From Calditrichaceae bacterium (GTDB taxonomy: Bacteria; Calditrichota; Calditrichia; Calditrichales; JBFXGD01), in NCBI GenBank assembly GCA_050173015.1, contig JBFXLE010000017.1:30806-94805 (forward strand): DNA of 64,000 nt. The letters run 5' to 3'. Shown here piece after piece: positions 20,516 to 31,661 of the stretch; the stretch's first letter is position 1; the number at the start of each line of letters is the position of its first letter. The notes beneath the pieces were generated by a model, which did not search any database, was not told the DNA's origin, and saw only the letters and a list, made by a program, of their open reading frames with translations. Position numbers and translations under genes: made by a program.

Positions 20516-22303
20516 CTATAGTTCCGCTATCAAAATGAGCTGTTTTCCATCTCTCATAATATCCACACTGACCCTTTGACCGGATTTAAATTCAGCTAAC
20601 CGGTACATATAGTCATAGATATTTTTAACCTTTTTCCCTTCCATCGCGATAATTACATCTCCTTTTTCCATCCCGGCCTGGTCGGCGGGTCCGTCTTTTC
20701 TTACGCCATCAATTCTGAGTCCGTTCTCTTCGGTTGAAGAATAATCGGGCACAATACCGAGCGTCACCTTAAATCTTCTCCCCATCGAAGGTGTTGATTT
20801 TGGTCCCGACTCCTGGTAAACCAAATGAGTTTCAAGATTTGCCATTTTTTCGGCAAGAGCATACGCGAGTTCAGCAATGTCCTTTTCACCGGCATAATTT
20901 ATCTTTTCCGCGTCATCCGCCGGAGTATGATAGTCATCATGCACACCGGTAAAAAAGAAGAGCACCGGTATGTTTTCTATATAAAATGAAGCATGATCGG
21001 AGGGTCCATACCCTTCGGGAGACATCTTTAGTTCAAATTTCTTACCCTTTGCCGCTTCATCAATTAGTTTATCAAGACCTATGGCGGTACCGGTTCCTCC
21101 CAGAGTCAGAGATTTTGTTTCGGGATCAAGCCGCCCCACCATATCGAGATTGAACATAATATTTACATTTTTTAAATCAACCAGCGGATTTTTTGTAAAG
21201 AATTTTGAGCCTAACGTTCCCATTTCTTCAGCCCCAAAGGCCATAAATAAGACACTGCGTTTGATTTTTTTTCTCTCCGCGCTCATTTTTTCAGCCAATT
21301 CCAGTACCGCGGCCACTCCGGATGCGTTATCGTCGGCGCCGTTATGGATAGCCGAAGTATCGGGTGTTCTGGAACCGGATCCCGAGCCTCCCATTCCAAG
21401 GTGATCATAGTGGGCGCCAATGATGATAAACTCATTTTTTAAGGAAGGATCATTCCCGGGTAAAAGCGCGACAATATTTTGGGTTCTGGATTTATCCTGT
21501 ATGGTCGATGAAGTCGCTGAAAGTTCAACACCCAATTGAAAAGCGACGGGCGTCATACTTTCAATCATCTCCTTTTCAAGACCGATGATTGTCTTTCCTG
21601 TTCCGTCCAGCAGCATATCCGCGACCGAACGTTTGACATGAAAAACCGGAAGCCCGGCGTCCGACTGGCTCTGATCATATACAAGAGGCATCAGTTCATC
21701 TTTCTCATCAACTTCTTTACCGGATACCACCAGCACACCGGCGGCACCCTTATCTCTGGCGACCATCGTCTTGTTTCTTAATGAACTGTACCGGATGAAC
21801 TCGCTATGAGGATTATTAATATCCGGGTCTTCTCTCAATATCATGACCCACTTACCGGAAACATCCACATCGGTGTAATCATGCCAACTCACTGAATCAG
21901 CGTTGAAATCGATTCCGTATCCGGCAAAAACAACATCCGCTGAAACCGAGGCGTTTTCGGAAAACGCAAGCGGAGTGAAATCCTCCCCCAATTTTCCTTC
22001 AAACTCTCCAAACGAGAAACGATTTTTATCATCCGCGCTGACGGATTTCACAACATCAAAATATTGAAATCCTTTTTCCCCGAAAAGCGTCAAGCCAAAT
22101 CCGGCAAACTGATTTCTGATATATTCTGCCGCCGTGTCTCCTCCCGGTGTTCCCGGTTTTCGTCCGGCAAGTGAATCAGACGCCAGAAATTCTATTCTTG
22201 ATTTAAGATCAGAAATTGTAATAGCGGTCTGGGTTTTTTCTCCGGCAACAACAGACTGTGATAAAAAAATCATTAAGAGAAATAATCCGGTGAACTTTTT
22301 CAT
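20516..22303 (-). CDS. Secreted M28 family peptidase with PA and PDZ domains
   Basis: Signal peptide, GAHYDHLG, GADDNASG, AEEMG, NLDMVG, SDH, DYHTP; C-terminal LGIVPD PDZ. Confidence 0.92.
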   Translation of the reverse strand: MKKFTGLFLLMIFLSQSVVAGEKTQTAITISDLKSRIEFLASDSLAGRKPGTPGGDTAAEYIRNQFAGFGLTLFGEKGFQYFDVVKSVSADDKNRFSFGEFEGKLGEDFTPLAFSENASVSADVVFAGYGIDFNADSVSWHDYTDVDVSGKWVMILREDPDINNPHSEFIRYSSLRNKTMVARDKGAAGVLVVSGKEVDEKDELMPLVYDQSQSDAGLPVFHVKRSVADMLLDGTGKTIIGLEKEMIESMTPVAFQLGVELSATSSTIQDKSRTQNIVALLPGNDPSLKNEFIIIGAHYDHLGMGGSGSGSRTPDTSAIHNGADDNASGVAAVLELAEKMSAERKKIKRSVLFMAFGAEEMGTLGSKFFTKNPLVDLKNVNIMFNLDMVGRLDPETKSLTLGGTGTAIGLDKLIDEAAKGKKFELKMSPEGYGPSDHASFYIENIPVLFFFTGVHDDYHTPADDAEKINYAGEKDIAELAYALAEKMANLETHLVYQESGPKSTPSMGRRFKVTLGIVPDYSSTEENGLRIDGVRKDGPADQAGMEKGDVIIAMEGKKVKNIYDYMYRLAEFKSGQRVSVDIMRDGKQLILIAEL

Positions 22304-22444
22304 TTCGTCTCCTTAAGTCAATTTTCGCTACATGATGTTTAGATAATTTTCATACGATTATAATTTCTAAAAACGCTGATAAATTCCACAAAATCCGTAA
22401 AATATGTTTTTTGGTTTTGCATTCGATGTTTACAACACATCAAA

Positions 22445-23209
22445 TCAGCCGAAAAAGGTTCTCAGATGACCGCAAAATTCATCCGGAGCATCAGAATGAA
22501 TCCAATGTGTGGCGTCATCAATCGTTACAATTTCGGAATTAGGAAAAATCCTTCTTATCAGAGGAAAATCTGCAGGGAGAATATATTCCGAACGACCGCC
22601 TTTTATAAACAAAGTTGGATTTTCAAAGGTGAATGTTTCATTGCTGCCCTGCAATATTTCATCTATATTTTGATAAATGCTCGGCAGGTTCGCTTTCCAT
22701 GAAAATGTACCATCCCTGTTTCTGCGCAGATTTTTTAGCAGAAACTGACGAATTGGTTTTTGTTTGATTTTAACGGAAAGCCGCGTATCCGCTTCTTCTC
22801 TGCTCATTAGGGAGTCAAGATTTATGGCTGACAAAGTTTCCAGAAACATCTTGAAATAAGTATTATAGTAATTCTTGGGAGCGATATCGACAACAACCAG
22901 TTTTTCCACTTTTTGCGGGTACTTCAGGGCGTATTGCATAGCTACTTTTCCGCCCATGGAGTGTCCTATCAGGCGGATTTCATTCAGGTTATGTTCAGCC
23001 GCGAATTCCGCGAGATCATTTACAAGAAGGTCATAACTAAATTCGACACTATGAGTCGAACGACCATGATTTCGCTGATCCGGAATATAAACGGTGTGAC
23101 GTTCGGCGATTTTTTTACCGATCGTCATCCAGTTGTCTGACATTCCAAATAAACCGTGCAGTATAATGACCGGTTTGCCTTTTCCAAACTTTCTGTAAAA
23201 AAGCTTCAT
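22445..23209 (-). CDS. Alpha/beta hydrolase (YbfF-like esterase)
   Basis: HGLFG, DQRNHG, GHSMGG nucleophile, HWIH. Confidence 0.9.
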   Translation of the reverse strand: MKLFYRKFGKGKPVIILHGLFGMSDNWMTIGKKIAERHTVYIPDQRNHGRSTHSVEFSYDLLVNDLAEFAAEHNLNEIRLIGHSMGGKVAMQYALKYPQKVEKLVVVDIAPKNYYNTYFKMFLETLSAINLDSLMSREEADTRLSVKIKQKPIRQFLLKNLRRNRDGTFSWKANLPSIYQNIDEILQGSNETFTFENPTLFIKGGRSEYILPADFPLIRRIFPNSEIVTIDDATHWIHSDAPDEFCGHLRTFFG

Positions 23210-23309
23210 ATCCCAGTATCTGATCTAAATTTTATAAAACATTTTATAAAACAATTTTTTTGATTTCAATATGTGATCTCAAATTACACTTCTGAGAATT
23301 TCTGAAATC

Positions 23310-23339
23310 AAAAAAAAGGCGGCAATACTTGCCGCCTTT
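23310..23339 (-). terminator. Intrinsic terminator after secA
   Basis: AAAGGCGGCAA-loop-TTGCCGCC followed by T8. Confidence 0.85.
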
Positions 23340-23353
23340 CACTCATTGATTTT

Positions 23354-26335
23354 TCAGACAACTGCACCGTGACACTTTTTATATTTTTTACCGCTTCCGC
23401 AGGGACAGGGATCGTTTGGCCCCACTTTCTGTTCAACTTTTATGGGCTGTCTTTTATTGGATCGATCCTTTGATGCTCGCTGGATATCCGATTCTTCCCC
23501 GGGCGATCCTTCATATCCCATATTTGTCGATGATTCATGAACCAATTGGTGCCGTTCTCTCTCCCGGACCTGAGCCCGGTTGACAGGCTCGGTCTGAATC
23601 TGAAATTTCCATAACCAGTTAAGGGTTTTTTCATTAATGCGGTTAATAAGTTCCTCAAACATAATATAAGAATCACGCTTATACTCGGTAAGCGGGTTTT
23701 TCTGGCCGTATGCCCTAAGGTGGATACCTTCCTTTAGCATATCCATCTCATAAAGATGATCTTTCCATTCTTCATCAATTACCCGCAAAACAAAATATCT
23801 CTCGAGGACCGACATCCTTTCACGACCGATCCGCTGTTCCTTAATATTGTAAATAGCGAGCGCTTCATTTTTTATATACTCTTTAAGGTCATCGAAAGAA
23901 TACTTGCCAATCTCATCTCTAATCCTGTTGAAACTGACAAGAACGGTACCGCCCAACTCCTGCTCCAGAGAATCGAGATCCCATTCTTCCGAGTGAGATC
24001 TTGGATCGATATATTTCTCGGTAACCACATCAATATATTCTTCCAGGATATTGATGACCTCGGTATGCATATTTTCTTCCATTAGAGCTGTCCGGCGACG
24101 ATTGTAAATCACTTCTCTCTGCTGATTCATAACATCATCATATTCCAGTAGTCTTTTTCTGATGGAGAAATTGCGCATTTCCACTTTTTTCTGGGCTTTT
24201 TCAATGGATCTTGTAATCATTTTATGCGTGATCACTTCGCCTTCCTGTGCTCCAAGCCGATCCATAATTCCGGCAATACGCTCACTACCGAATAATCGCA
24301 TCAAATCATCTTCAAGAGAGAGGAAGAAAATACTGCTTCCCGGATCTCCCTGACGACCGCAACGGCCTCGCAACTGCCGGTCAATACGCCTTGATTCGTG
24401 GCGTTCTGTTCCCAGTACATGCAGTCCGCCGGGGATGCCCTGACTCGGGTCGCCCGCTTCCGCCACACCAGCTCCCAGCTTAATATCCGTACCACGGCCC
24501 GCCATATTTGTCGCGATGGTCACCGCGCCGGGCTCTCCCGCGTGCGCAACGATTTCGGCTTCACGTTTATTCTGTTTTGCGTTTAAAACATTATGCGGTA
24601 TGCCTCGCCTTTTTAACATCCGGCTTAATGTTTCAGAAACATCCACCGTAATCGTGCCAACCAGCACCGGACGTCCGAGTTTATTCATCCGTTCGATTTC
24701 ATCGATCACGGCATTATACTTCTCTCGAGTTGATCTGTAAATAAGGTCGTTATGATCAACCCGCGCGATCGGCCTGTTCGTAGGTATTACAACCACATCA
24801 AGTTTGTATATTTCCCAGAGTTCCGCCGCTTCCGTTTCTGCCGTACCGGTCATTCCGGCCAGTTTATCATACATTCTGAAATAGTTCTGCAGTGTAATGG
24901 TGGCCAGGGTCTGGGTTTCTCTCTCGATTTTTACATTTTCCTTTGCCTCAATCGCCTGATGCAATCCGTCACTGTAACGGCGGCCGGCCAATACACGGCC
25001 CGTAAATTCATCAACGATCAAAACCTTACCGTCAGAGACCACATATTCCTGATCCCGCTCGAACAGGGTATAAGCCCGCAGTAATTGAGAGATATTTTGC
25101 AGTTTTTCACTTCGTTCATTATATAATTGATGCAGTTCTTCCTTTTTTATTAGTTTTTCTTCATAGGAAAGAGTATCATCATCTTCAATTTTAGCGATTT
25201 CATCGCCTAAATCGGGCAATAAGAACATATCCGGATCACTGGGATTCATGTTCTCACGACCTTTTTCTGTAATATCAATCGTATTGTTTTTTTCTTCAAC
25301 GACAAAGAACAAATCACCAAAATATTGTTCATCAGAAGCTTTTGTCTGACCTTTGTCCCGGAAATAGTCGTTTTCAACACTTTGAACCAGTTTTTTCATA
25401 CCGGTGTCCTGATACAATTTGCGAAGACGCGGATTTTTGGGCATTCCCCTATCGGCAATAAGCAGCTTCATGCCGCCTTCACGGGTATTACCGGCATTCA
25501 CAAGCTCTTCACCCTCTTTTATAAGACGGTTGACGAGCCGGTTTTGATTAACGACAAGACGTTCGACGAGTGGCTTCATTTCTTTGTATTTATGTGTTGA
25601 TTCACTCACCGGCCCACTGATGATTAATGGCGTTCTGGCCTCATCGACAAGTACGCTGTCCACCTCATCAACAATCGCGTAATGATGCCCTTTCTCCTGA
25701 ACAATATCTTCTTTTGTACCGGCCATATTATCACGCAGGTAATCGAAGCCGAATTCATTATTGGTACCATAGGTAATATCGTAGTTATAAACTTCTTTAC
25801 GCTGTGCCGGATTCATATCATTCAGGATGACACCAACAGTTAATCCAAGGTATTTATAAATTTCACCCATCCATTCAGAGTCACGCAGCGCAAGATAGTC
25901 ATTGACTGTAATTAAATGCGCGCCTTTTCCATCGAGGGCATTTAAGTAAAGCGGAAGTGTCGCCACCAGTGTTTTACCTTCTCCCGTGGCCATTTCGGCT
26001 ATTTTGCCCTGATGAAGTACAATCCCGCCGATCAGCTGGACATCATACGGGACCATATCCCATGTAATCTCATTTCCCGCGACTTTCCATTTATGACCAA
26101 GTAATCTTTTACAGGCCATTTTTACCGCTGCAAATGCCTCGGGGAGAATGTCGTCCAGAGTTTCGCCCCGCGCCAGACGCTCCTTAAATTCCGGAGTTTT
26201 GGCTTTTAATTCTTCTTCAGTCAGTGACTCATACTGATTAAAGTACTCATTGATTTGCTCAACTATGGGTTGAATTTTTTTTACATCCCGTTCGTGTTTC
26301 GATCCAAAAACAGATTTCACCAGTTTCGATATCAT
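23354..26335 (-). CDS. secA: Preprotein translocase subunit SecA
   Basis: MATGEGKT, DEVDSVLVDEARTP, TNMAGRGTDI, C-terminal CPCGSGKKYKKCH. Confidence 0.98.
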   Translation of the reverse strand: MISKLVKSVFGSKHERDVKKIQPIVEQINEYFNQYESLTEEELKAKTPEFKERLARGETLDDILPEAFAAVKMACKRLLGHKWKVAGNEITWDMVPYDVQLIGGIVLHQGKIAEMATGEGKTLVATLPLYLNALDGKGAHLITVNDYLALRDSEWMGEIYKYLGLTVGVILNDMNPAQRKEVYNYDITYGTNNEFGFDYLRDNMAGTKEDIVQEKGHHYAIVDEVDSVLVDEARTPLIISGPVSESTHKYKEMKPLVERLVVNQNRLVNRLIKEGEELVNAGNTREGGMKLLIADRGMPKNPRLRKLYQDTGMKKLVQSVENDYFRDKGQTKASDEQYFGDLFFVVEEKNNTIDITEKGRENMNPSDPDMFLLPDLGDEIAKIEDDDTLSYEEKLIKKEELHQLYNERSEKLQNISQLLRAYTLFERDQEYVVSDGKVLIVDEFTGRVLAGRRYSDGLHQAIEAKENVKIERETQTLATITLQNYFRMYDKLAGMTGTAETEAAELWEIYKLDVVVIPTNRPIARVDHNDLIYRSTREKYNAVIDEIERMNKLGRPVLVGTITVDVSETLSRMLKRRGIPHNVLNAKQNKREAEIVAHAGEPGAVTIATNMAGRGTDIKLGAGVAEAGDPSQGIPGGLHVLGTERHESRRIDRQLRGRCGRQGDPGSSIFFLSLEDDLMRLFGSERIAGIMDRLGAQEGEVITHKMITRSIEKAQKKVEMRNFSIRKRLLEYDDVMNQQREVIYNRRRTALMEENMHTEVINILEEYIDVVTEKYIDPRSHSEEWDLDSLEQELGGTVLVSFNRIRDEIGKYSFDDLKEYIKNEALAIYNIKEQRIGRERMSVLERYFVLRVIDEEWKDHLYEMDMLKEGIHLRAYGQKNPLTEYKRDSYIMFEELINRINEKTLNWLWKFQIQTEPVNRAQVRERERHQLVHESSTNMGYEGSPGEESDIQRASKDRSNKRQPIKVEQKVGPNDPCPCGSGKKYKKCHGAVV

Positions 26336-26344
26336 AATTTCCTC

Positions 26345-27058
26345 TTAATATCCTTTCAATAATCGTTCCGCTAAAAATACCGGCAGGCCGGCACGGATAA
26401 TCTTTTTGTACGTTTTTTCAACATCATATTCAAGACGGACATGTTCCAGTTCTCCGGCGGATTGATCAAAAACCACAAAGCAGGCTTTTGGATTTCCGTC
26501 TCTCGGCTGCCCGACGCTGCCTACGTTAACGATATATTTTTGATTTTGTTCGATCCTGAAGGGCGACTGTTTATAGGCCCTGTTGTTTGAAAATATTACC
26601 GGTACATGCGAATGGCCGATAAAACAAATTGATTCATTAAAGGCTTTCAATTCGTTTTTTGCTTCCTCGAAAGAAAGAATATAATGCCAGTATGGCGGAT
26701 TGGCTGGTGAAGCATGAACAAGGATAATTCCATCGCTTTGATGAGAAAACGGTAATTTTCTTAAAAATTCCTCATTCTCTTTTTCCAGATTACTGATCGT
26801 CCAATGCGTGGACATTTTGGCGTATTCATTAAAATATTCAATATTGGCGAGACCGAGAGCCGCATAATCATGATTACCCATAAGAGTAATATCCGATCTT
26901 TTGCGGATCAGCTCGACGCACTCGTTTGGATTCGGTCCGTAACCGACAATATCGCCAAGACAATAGATCTTATCGACAGGATTCTCATCAATATAGCGGA
27001 AGACGGTTTCAAGGGCTTCCAAATTGCCGTGTATATCGGAAAGAACAGCGATAACCAT
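26345..27058 (-). CDS. Metallophosphoesterase
   Basis: SDIHGN, GDIVGYG, GNHD, GHSH, NVGSVGQPRD. Confidence 0.92.
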   Translation of the reverse strand: MVIAVLSDIHGNLEALETVFRYIDENPVDKIYCLGDIVGYGPNPNECVELIRKRSDITLMGNHDYAALGLANIEYFNEYAKMSTHWTISNLEKENEEFLRKLPFSHQSDGIILVHASPANPPYWHYILSFEEAKNELKAFNESICFIGHSHVPVIFSNNRAYKQSPFRIEQNQKYIVNVGSVGQPRDGNPKACFVVFDQSAGELEHVRLEYDVEKTYKKIIRAGLPVFLAERLLKGY

Positions 27059-27069
27059 AAGCCAATATT

Positions 27070-27516
27070 CTACATTAAATTAGAGATAAGTCCGCGACCA
27101 GATTTATTTAACCGGTTTTCTTCGCGTAATTGTTTTAATAGTGCATCAAGAACGCCATTAATAAATTTTCCGCTTCGTTCCGTGCTGTATATTTTACTGA
27201 TTTCTATAACTTCATCCAGGGAGACTTCCGGCGGTATTTCCTCAAAGTACAGAAACTCTACCATGGCCATTCGCAACAAAATTCTATCGATAACCGCCAC
27301 CCGCGCGTAATCCCAGTTTTGCAACTTTGATACAATCGCCTTGTCCAGATCATCCTTCTGCTCGGTGCACAATTTGACGATACCGATTGCAAAATCAGTA
27401 GCATACTGTTTTTGCTCTTCATCCATCCGTTCAATTAATGAATAATAAGGATCCGAATTATATTCACACGCGTAAAGAATCCCCAGAGCAAACTCTCGTT
27501 CTTTTCTTCTTTTCAT
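27070..27516 (-). CDS. nusB: Transcription antitermination factor NusB
   Basis: RRKERE, IDRILLR, FINGVLD. Confidence 0.95.
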   Translation of the reverse strand: MKRRKEREFALGILYACEYNSDPYYSLIERMDEEQKQYATDFAIGIVKLCTEQKDDLDKAIVSKLQNWDYARVAVIDRILLRMAMVEFLYFEEIPPEVSLDEVIEISKIYSTERSGKFINGVLDALLKQLREENRLNKSGRGLISNLM

Positions 27517-27521
27517 TTATC

Positions 27522-28373
27522 CTATTCGTATTTATAAAAACCGATTTTCGTTTTTCTGCCCAAATGACCGGCAGCAACCATTTTCTTCAGTAATGGGCAT
27601 GGACGATATTTGGGATCGCCCAATCCTTCATATAATACATCCATGATATTTAGACACACATCCAATCCAATGAAATCAGCTAATGTTAACGGTCCCATCG
27701 GGTGATTCATTCCCAGTTTCATTACCGTATCGATGGCTTCTTTTTCCGAAACTCCCTCCATCAAACAATAGATCGCTTCATTGATCATTGGCATTAAGAT
27801 CCGGTTAGAAACAAATCCCGGGAAATCATTTACCTCCACAGGCACTTTACCCAGGCCCTTTGAAATTTCCTCAACTGTTTTATAGGTTTCATCGCTGGTC
27901 GATAGCCCGCGAATGATTTCAATTAACTGCATGACCGGCACAGGATTCATAAAATGCATCCCGATTACTTTTTCAGGACGGTCTGTTACCGCGGCAATTT
28001 CAGTGATAGAAATGGATGATGTGTTGCTCGCGAGTATGGTTTCCGGCCCGCAAATTTGATCCAGTTTCCTGAATATTTCTTTTTTAACATCCGGATTTTC
28101 GGTGGCCGCCTCGATAACGATCATCGATCCCGCGGCCGACGACAAATCTGTGGATATTTTTATCCTGCTCTGAATATTTTTTGCATCATCCCCGGTGATG
28201 ATTTCCTTCTTTACCTGCCGATTCAGATTTTTATCAATGACAGCAAGGGCTTTTTCTAGCAGCTCATGATTCAGATCAATTAGATCAACTCCGTATCCGT
28301 TCTGAGCAAAAACATGGGCTATTCCGTTTCCCATTGTCCCGCACCCGATAACACTGACTTTTTTATCCGGCAT
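27522..28373 (-). CDS. hbd: 3-hydroxybutyryl-CoA dehydrogenase
   Basis: [28 protein letters not shown]. Confidence 0.92.
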   Translation of the reverse strand: MPDKKVSVIGCGTMGNGIAHVFAQNGYGVDLIDLNHELLEKALAVIDKNLNRQVKKEIITGDDAKNIQSRIKISTDLSSAAGSMIVIEAATENPDVKKEIFRKLDQICGPETILASNTSSISITEIAAVTDRPEKVIGMHFMNPVPVMQLIEIIRGLSTSDETYKTVEEISKGLGKVPVEVNDFPGFVSNRILMPMINEAIYCLMEGVSEKEAIDTVMKLGMNHPMGPLTLADFIGLDVCLNIMDVLYEGLGDPKYRPCPLLKKMVAAGHLGRKTKIGFYKYE

Positions 28374-28382
28374 AACAATCTC

Positions 28383-29570
28383 CTAAAGAGTTTCGACAAT
28401 GATACTTGAGGCTTCGCCGCCACCGATACACAATGAGGCCAGGCCGCGTTTAACTTTTCTGTCTTTCATCGCGTGCAACAATGTCACCAGAATTCTGGTT
28501 CCGCTCGCGCCAATGGGATGTCCAAGCGCCACAGCTCCGCCATTTACATTAACTTTCTCGGCGGGAAGATCAAGCAGACGATTGTTTATCAATGAGACAA
28601 CCGCAAACGCTTCGTTAATTTCGTATAAATCTATGTCATTGGTTGTAAGATTTGCTTTTTTTAACACTTTTTTGACTGAATCCGCGGGCGCTGTTGTAAA
28701 ATATTCCGGTTCTTTGGCGGCTGAGGCCTGGGCGACAATTTTAACCATTGGCTTCAGACCCAATTCGTTCGCTTTTTCCATCGACATCACAAGAACTGCC
28801 GCGGCGCCGTCATTTATCGATGAAGCATTTGCTGCTGTTACAGAACCGTCTTTTTTAAACGGTGATCTTAAAGCGGGAATCTTGTCAAATTTTACACGGG
28901 TCGGTTCCTCATCTTTATCGAAGATAATCGGATCTCCCTTTCTTTGAGGAATCTGCACAGGGATAATCTCATCGTCAAATAGTCCCTTCTCCTGAGCGGA
29001 ATGAGCTCTTTTATAACTCATGACCGTAAATTCATCCTGGGCTTCACGGGAAATATTGCACTCCGCCGCGCAAAGTTCTGCAGCGTTACCCATGTGGTAA
29101 TTATTATAGACATCCCATAATCCGTCCTTTACCATGCCGTCCACCACAGCTCCGTCTCCCATTTTCATACCATTTCTGGCTCCCGGAAGATAATAGGGCA
29201 CCTGGGTCATGTTTTCCATTCCACCGGCAACTACGACGTCAGCATCACCGACCATAACCGCCTGGGCAGCCAGCATGACTGCTTTCAATCCTGAACCGCA
29301 AACTTTATTGATGGTAAGACATTCAACCGATTTTGGAAGTCCCGCGCCCAATGCAGCCTGACGCGCTGGTGCCTGTCCCTCGTTTGCCGGCAGGACATTC
29401 CCCATAATCACTTCATCAACCAGTTTTTTATCAACATTTGCGCGCTTTAATACTTCTTCAATGACGATACTGCCTAATTTCGTTGCAGGAATATCCTTTA
29501 ACGCCCCGTTAAAACTGCCAATCGGGGTTCGTGCCGCGCTGACAATCACAACATCTCTCATACTTGACAT
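28383..29570 (-). CDS. Acetyl-CoA C-acetyltransferase (thiolase)
   Basis: NKVCGSG, NEAF, GHPIGASG, LCIGGG. Confidence 0.95.
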   Translation of the reverse strand: MSSMRDVVIVSAARTPIGSFNGALKDIPATKLGSIVIEEVLKRANVDKKLVDEVIMGNVLPANEGQAPARQAALGAGLPKSVECLTINKVCGSGLKAVMLAAQAVMVGDADVVVAGGMENMTQVPYYLPGARNGMKMGDGAVVDGMVKDGLWDVYNNYHMGNAAELCAAECNISREAQDEFTVMSYKRAHSAQEKGLFDDEIIPVQIPQRKGDPIIFDKDEEPTRVKFDKIPALRSPFKKDGSVTAANASSINDGAAAVLVMSMEKANELGLKPMVKIVAQASAAKEPEYFTTAPADSVKKVLKKANLTTNDIDLYEINEAFAVVSLINNRLLDLPAEKVNVNGGAVALGHPIGASGTRILVTLLHAMKDRKVKRGLASLCIGGGEASSIIVETL

Positions 29571-29703
29571 AACATCATCCTCATCTATTAGTAGGAAAAA
29601 TTAATGTACTTATTTTTTTATGTTTTTTCAAGGTTACAAAGATTTCCGTTTAACAAAGAAGAAGGGTAACCCGAGCCATGATACTTAATAATTAATACCG
29701 GCT

Positions 29704-30693
29704 TTATTTCGGTTTGTATTTATCAAATTTATCATATGCTTCAATGATATCTTTGACGAGACTGTGCCGCACCACATCACTTTTGGACAATTTCACAAAC
29801 GAAATCCCTTTGATCCCCTGTAATACTTTCAGACTGCTTATCAATCCGGAATCTTTGGATGAAGGAAGATCAATTTGGGTTATATCCCCGGTAATAACAG
29901 CCTTGGAATTGATACCCATTCTGGTAAGAAACATTTTCATTTGAGTGAATGTGCTGTTTTGAGCTTCATCGAGTATAACAAAAGCATTGTTTAGCGTTCG
30001 GCCTCTCATATATGCAAGAGGCAGGATTTCAATAACTTCCTGATCCAGATATTTTTTTAACACATCTTTCGGAAACATATCATCAAGTGAGTCGTAAAGC
30101 GGTTTTAAGTACGGATCTATTTTTTCTTTAAAATCCCCCGGCAGAAATCCAAGGCTTTCTCCTGCTTCCACGGCAGGTCTGGCCAATACTATTTTTTTGA
30201 CCATTCCGTTTTTTAGATAAGAGGAAGCCATAGCGACCGCAAGGTATGTTTTCCCTGTTCCCGCGGGGCCGATTGCAAAAACAATATCATTGTTTCCCAT
30301 TTCCTTCAGTAATCTGCTTTGTCCGTCTGATTTAGGTTTAATATACCCGTCATTGGATGTCAGAGCGATGTCTGATGATATATATTTGTTTTCTGTTTCC
30401 GCGCCATTCGGTTTTGTTTCGTTCGCTTTTACGATCTGCAATATAACCTGAACATCTTTGACCGATAAAATTTGTTTTTTTTCAGTCAGTAAACTGATTT
30501 CATCAAAAATCTTTTTTACAATAGCTACATCCTGGTTTTCACCTATAATCTTTACATCATGCCCGCGGGCAATTAATCTTACAGGGAACTGATCTTCGAT
30601 CAGCTTCATATTTATATCCTGATGTCCGTAGAACAGAACAGGATCAAGATTTTCTTTTAAACTGTATATAGTTTCGATCAACTTTTGCCGCAC
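29704..30693 (-). CDS. phoH: PhoH-like ATPase (YbeZ type)
   Basis: GPAGTGKT, RPAVEAGE, AYMRGRTL, DEAQN; start may be TTG at 30681. Confidence 0.93.
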   Translation of the reverse strand: MRQKLIETIYSLKENLDPVLFYGHQDINMKLIEDQFPVRLIARGHDVKIIGENQDVAIVKKIFDEISLLTEKKQILSVKDVQVILQIVKANETKPNGAETENKYISSDIALTSNDGYIKPKSDGQSRLLKEMGNNDIVFAIGPAGTGKTYLAVAMASSYLKNGMVKKIVLARPAVEAGESLGFLPGDFKEKIDPYLKPLYDSLDDMFPKDVLKKYLDQEVIEILPLAYMRGRTLNNAFVILDEAQNSTFTQMKMFLTRMGINSKAVITGDITQIDLPSSKDSGLISSLKVLQGIKGISFVKLSKSDVVRHSLVKDIIEAYDKFDKYKPK

Positions 30694-30703
30694 TCCTTAA
30701 AAC

Positions 30704-30741
30704 AAAAAAAGCTTCCGGTATAAAACCACCAGAAGCTTTTT
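30704..30741 (-). terminator. Intrinsic terminator after LysM gene
   Basis: AAAAGCTTCTGGT-loop-ACCGGAAGC followed by T7. Confidence 0.75.
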
Positions 30742-30778
30742 AAATTTTTACTTAATTACACATTTTGTTCAAAACTTA

Positions 30779-31636
30779 TTATCGGGCAATCTTGAGCACC
30801 TGATACGGATAGATCATATTCGGGTCATTGATTGTGCTCTTGTTGGCTTCATATAATTGCTGCCATTTAAACGAACTGCCGTACACATTTGAGTAGCCGG
30901 CGATTTTTGACAGATGCTCACCCTTTGCAACCAGGTGCTCATTCGGTCCCACAACTCTGGGAATCATAAAGACCTGATTCACATAAATCAAATCGGGATC
31001 TTTAATCTGATCACGGTTTGAAGTATAAATTCTCATCCATGCATAAGCATCGGCATAAATATCGGGTTTGGCAGCTATCTTCCAAAGATAATCACCTTTT
31101 TGCACGGTATATGACGGAGGTACCGCAGCCTTGCTCTTTTCTTCGGCCTGCGCAATTAAACTTTCGATTGAATTCAGCAACGCGGCATTTTCGCTTAATA
31201 ATGACAAATTATTTTTCTTTAATTCCGCGACTCGCGCCTTAAAAGCATTGAGTTCATTTGATTTTGAGTAAATTTCTTCCGGAGACATACTCAGGAATGC
31301 ATTTACATCAGTTTTTAATTTATTCACTTCACTAACATAGGCCTGATTACCGGCCTTATCCGATCCCGCTAAAGCGTAAATTTCATCCCAGGTATTATCG
31401 ATACCGGTCTGAGTATCGGTCAATTCCTGAGAAAGAGAGGCAATTTTAGTATCTTCCTCGGTAATACCGGTCTGTGCTGTCTGCAGTCTTTGCTGCCATT
31501 CTGCCAGATAAGCGTTATATTGTTCCTGAGTCATTTCCTCATAATTATAGGAAACCTGAGCAAATGCTGTATTAAAAGTTACTAACGCTACGAGCAAAAT
31601 TGACGCAAAATATAATTTTGTCAATTTCATCATCAC
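30779..31636 (-). CDS. Exported coiled-coil protein with two LysM domains
   Basis: Signal peptide (AFA-Q), coiled coil, YTVQKGDYLWKIA and HLVAKGEHLSKIA LysM repeats. Confidence 0.88.
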   Translation of the reverse strand: MMMKLTKLYFASILLVALVTFNTAFAQVSYNYEEMTQEQYNAYLAEWQQRLQTAQTGITEEDTKIASLSQELTDTQTGIDNTWDEIYALAGSDKAGNQAYVSEVNKLKTDVNAFLSMSPEEIYSKSNELNAFKARVAELKKNNLSLLSENAALLNSIESLIAQAEEKSKAAVPPSYTVQKGDYLWKIAAKPDIYADAYAWMRIYTSNRDQIKDPDLIYVNQVFMIPRVVGPNEHLVAKGEHLSKIAGYSNVYGSSFKWQQLYEANKSTINDPNMIYPYQVLKIAR

Positions 31637-31661
31637 AGTTCTCCTGTCTTATAATAAATAT

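Noticed and set aside
23354-26335. Long SecA insert as a novelty or intein
   Set aside because: No intein splice motifs were recognised; enlarged SecA proteins are known in FCB-group bacteria
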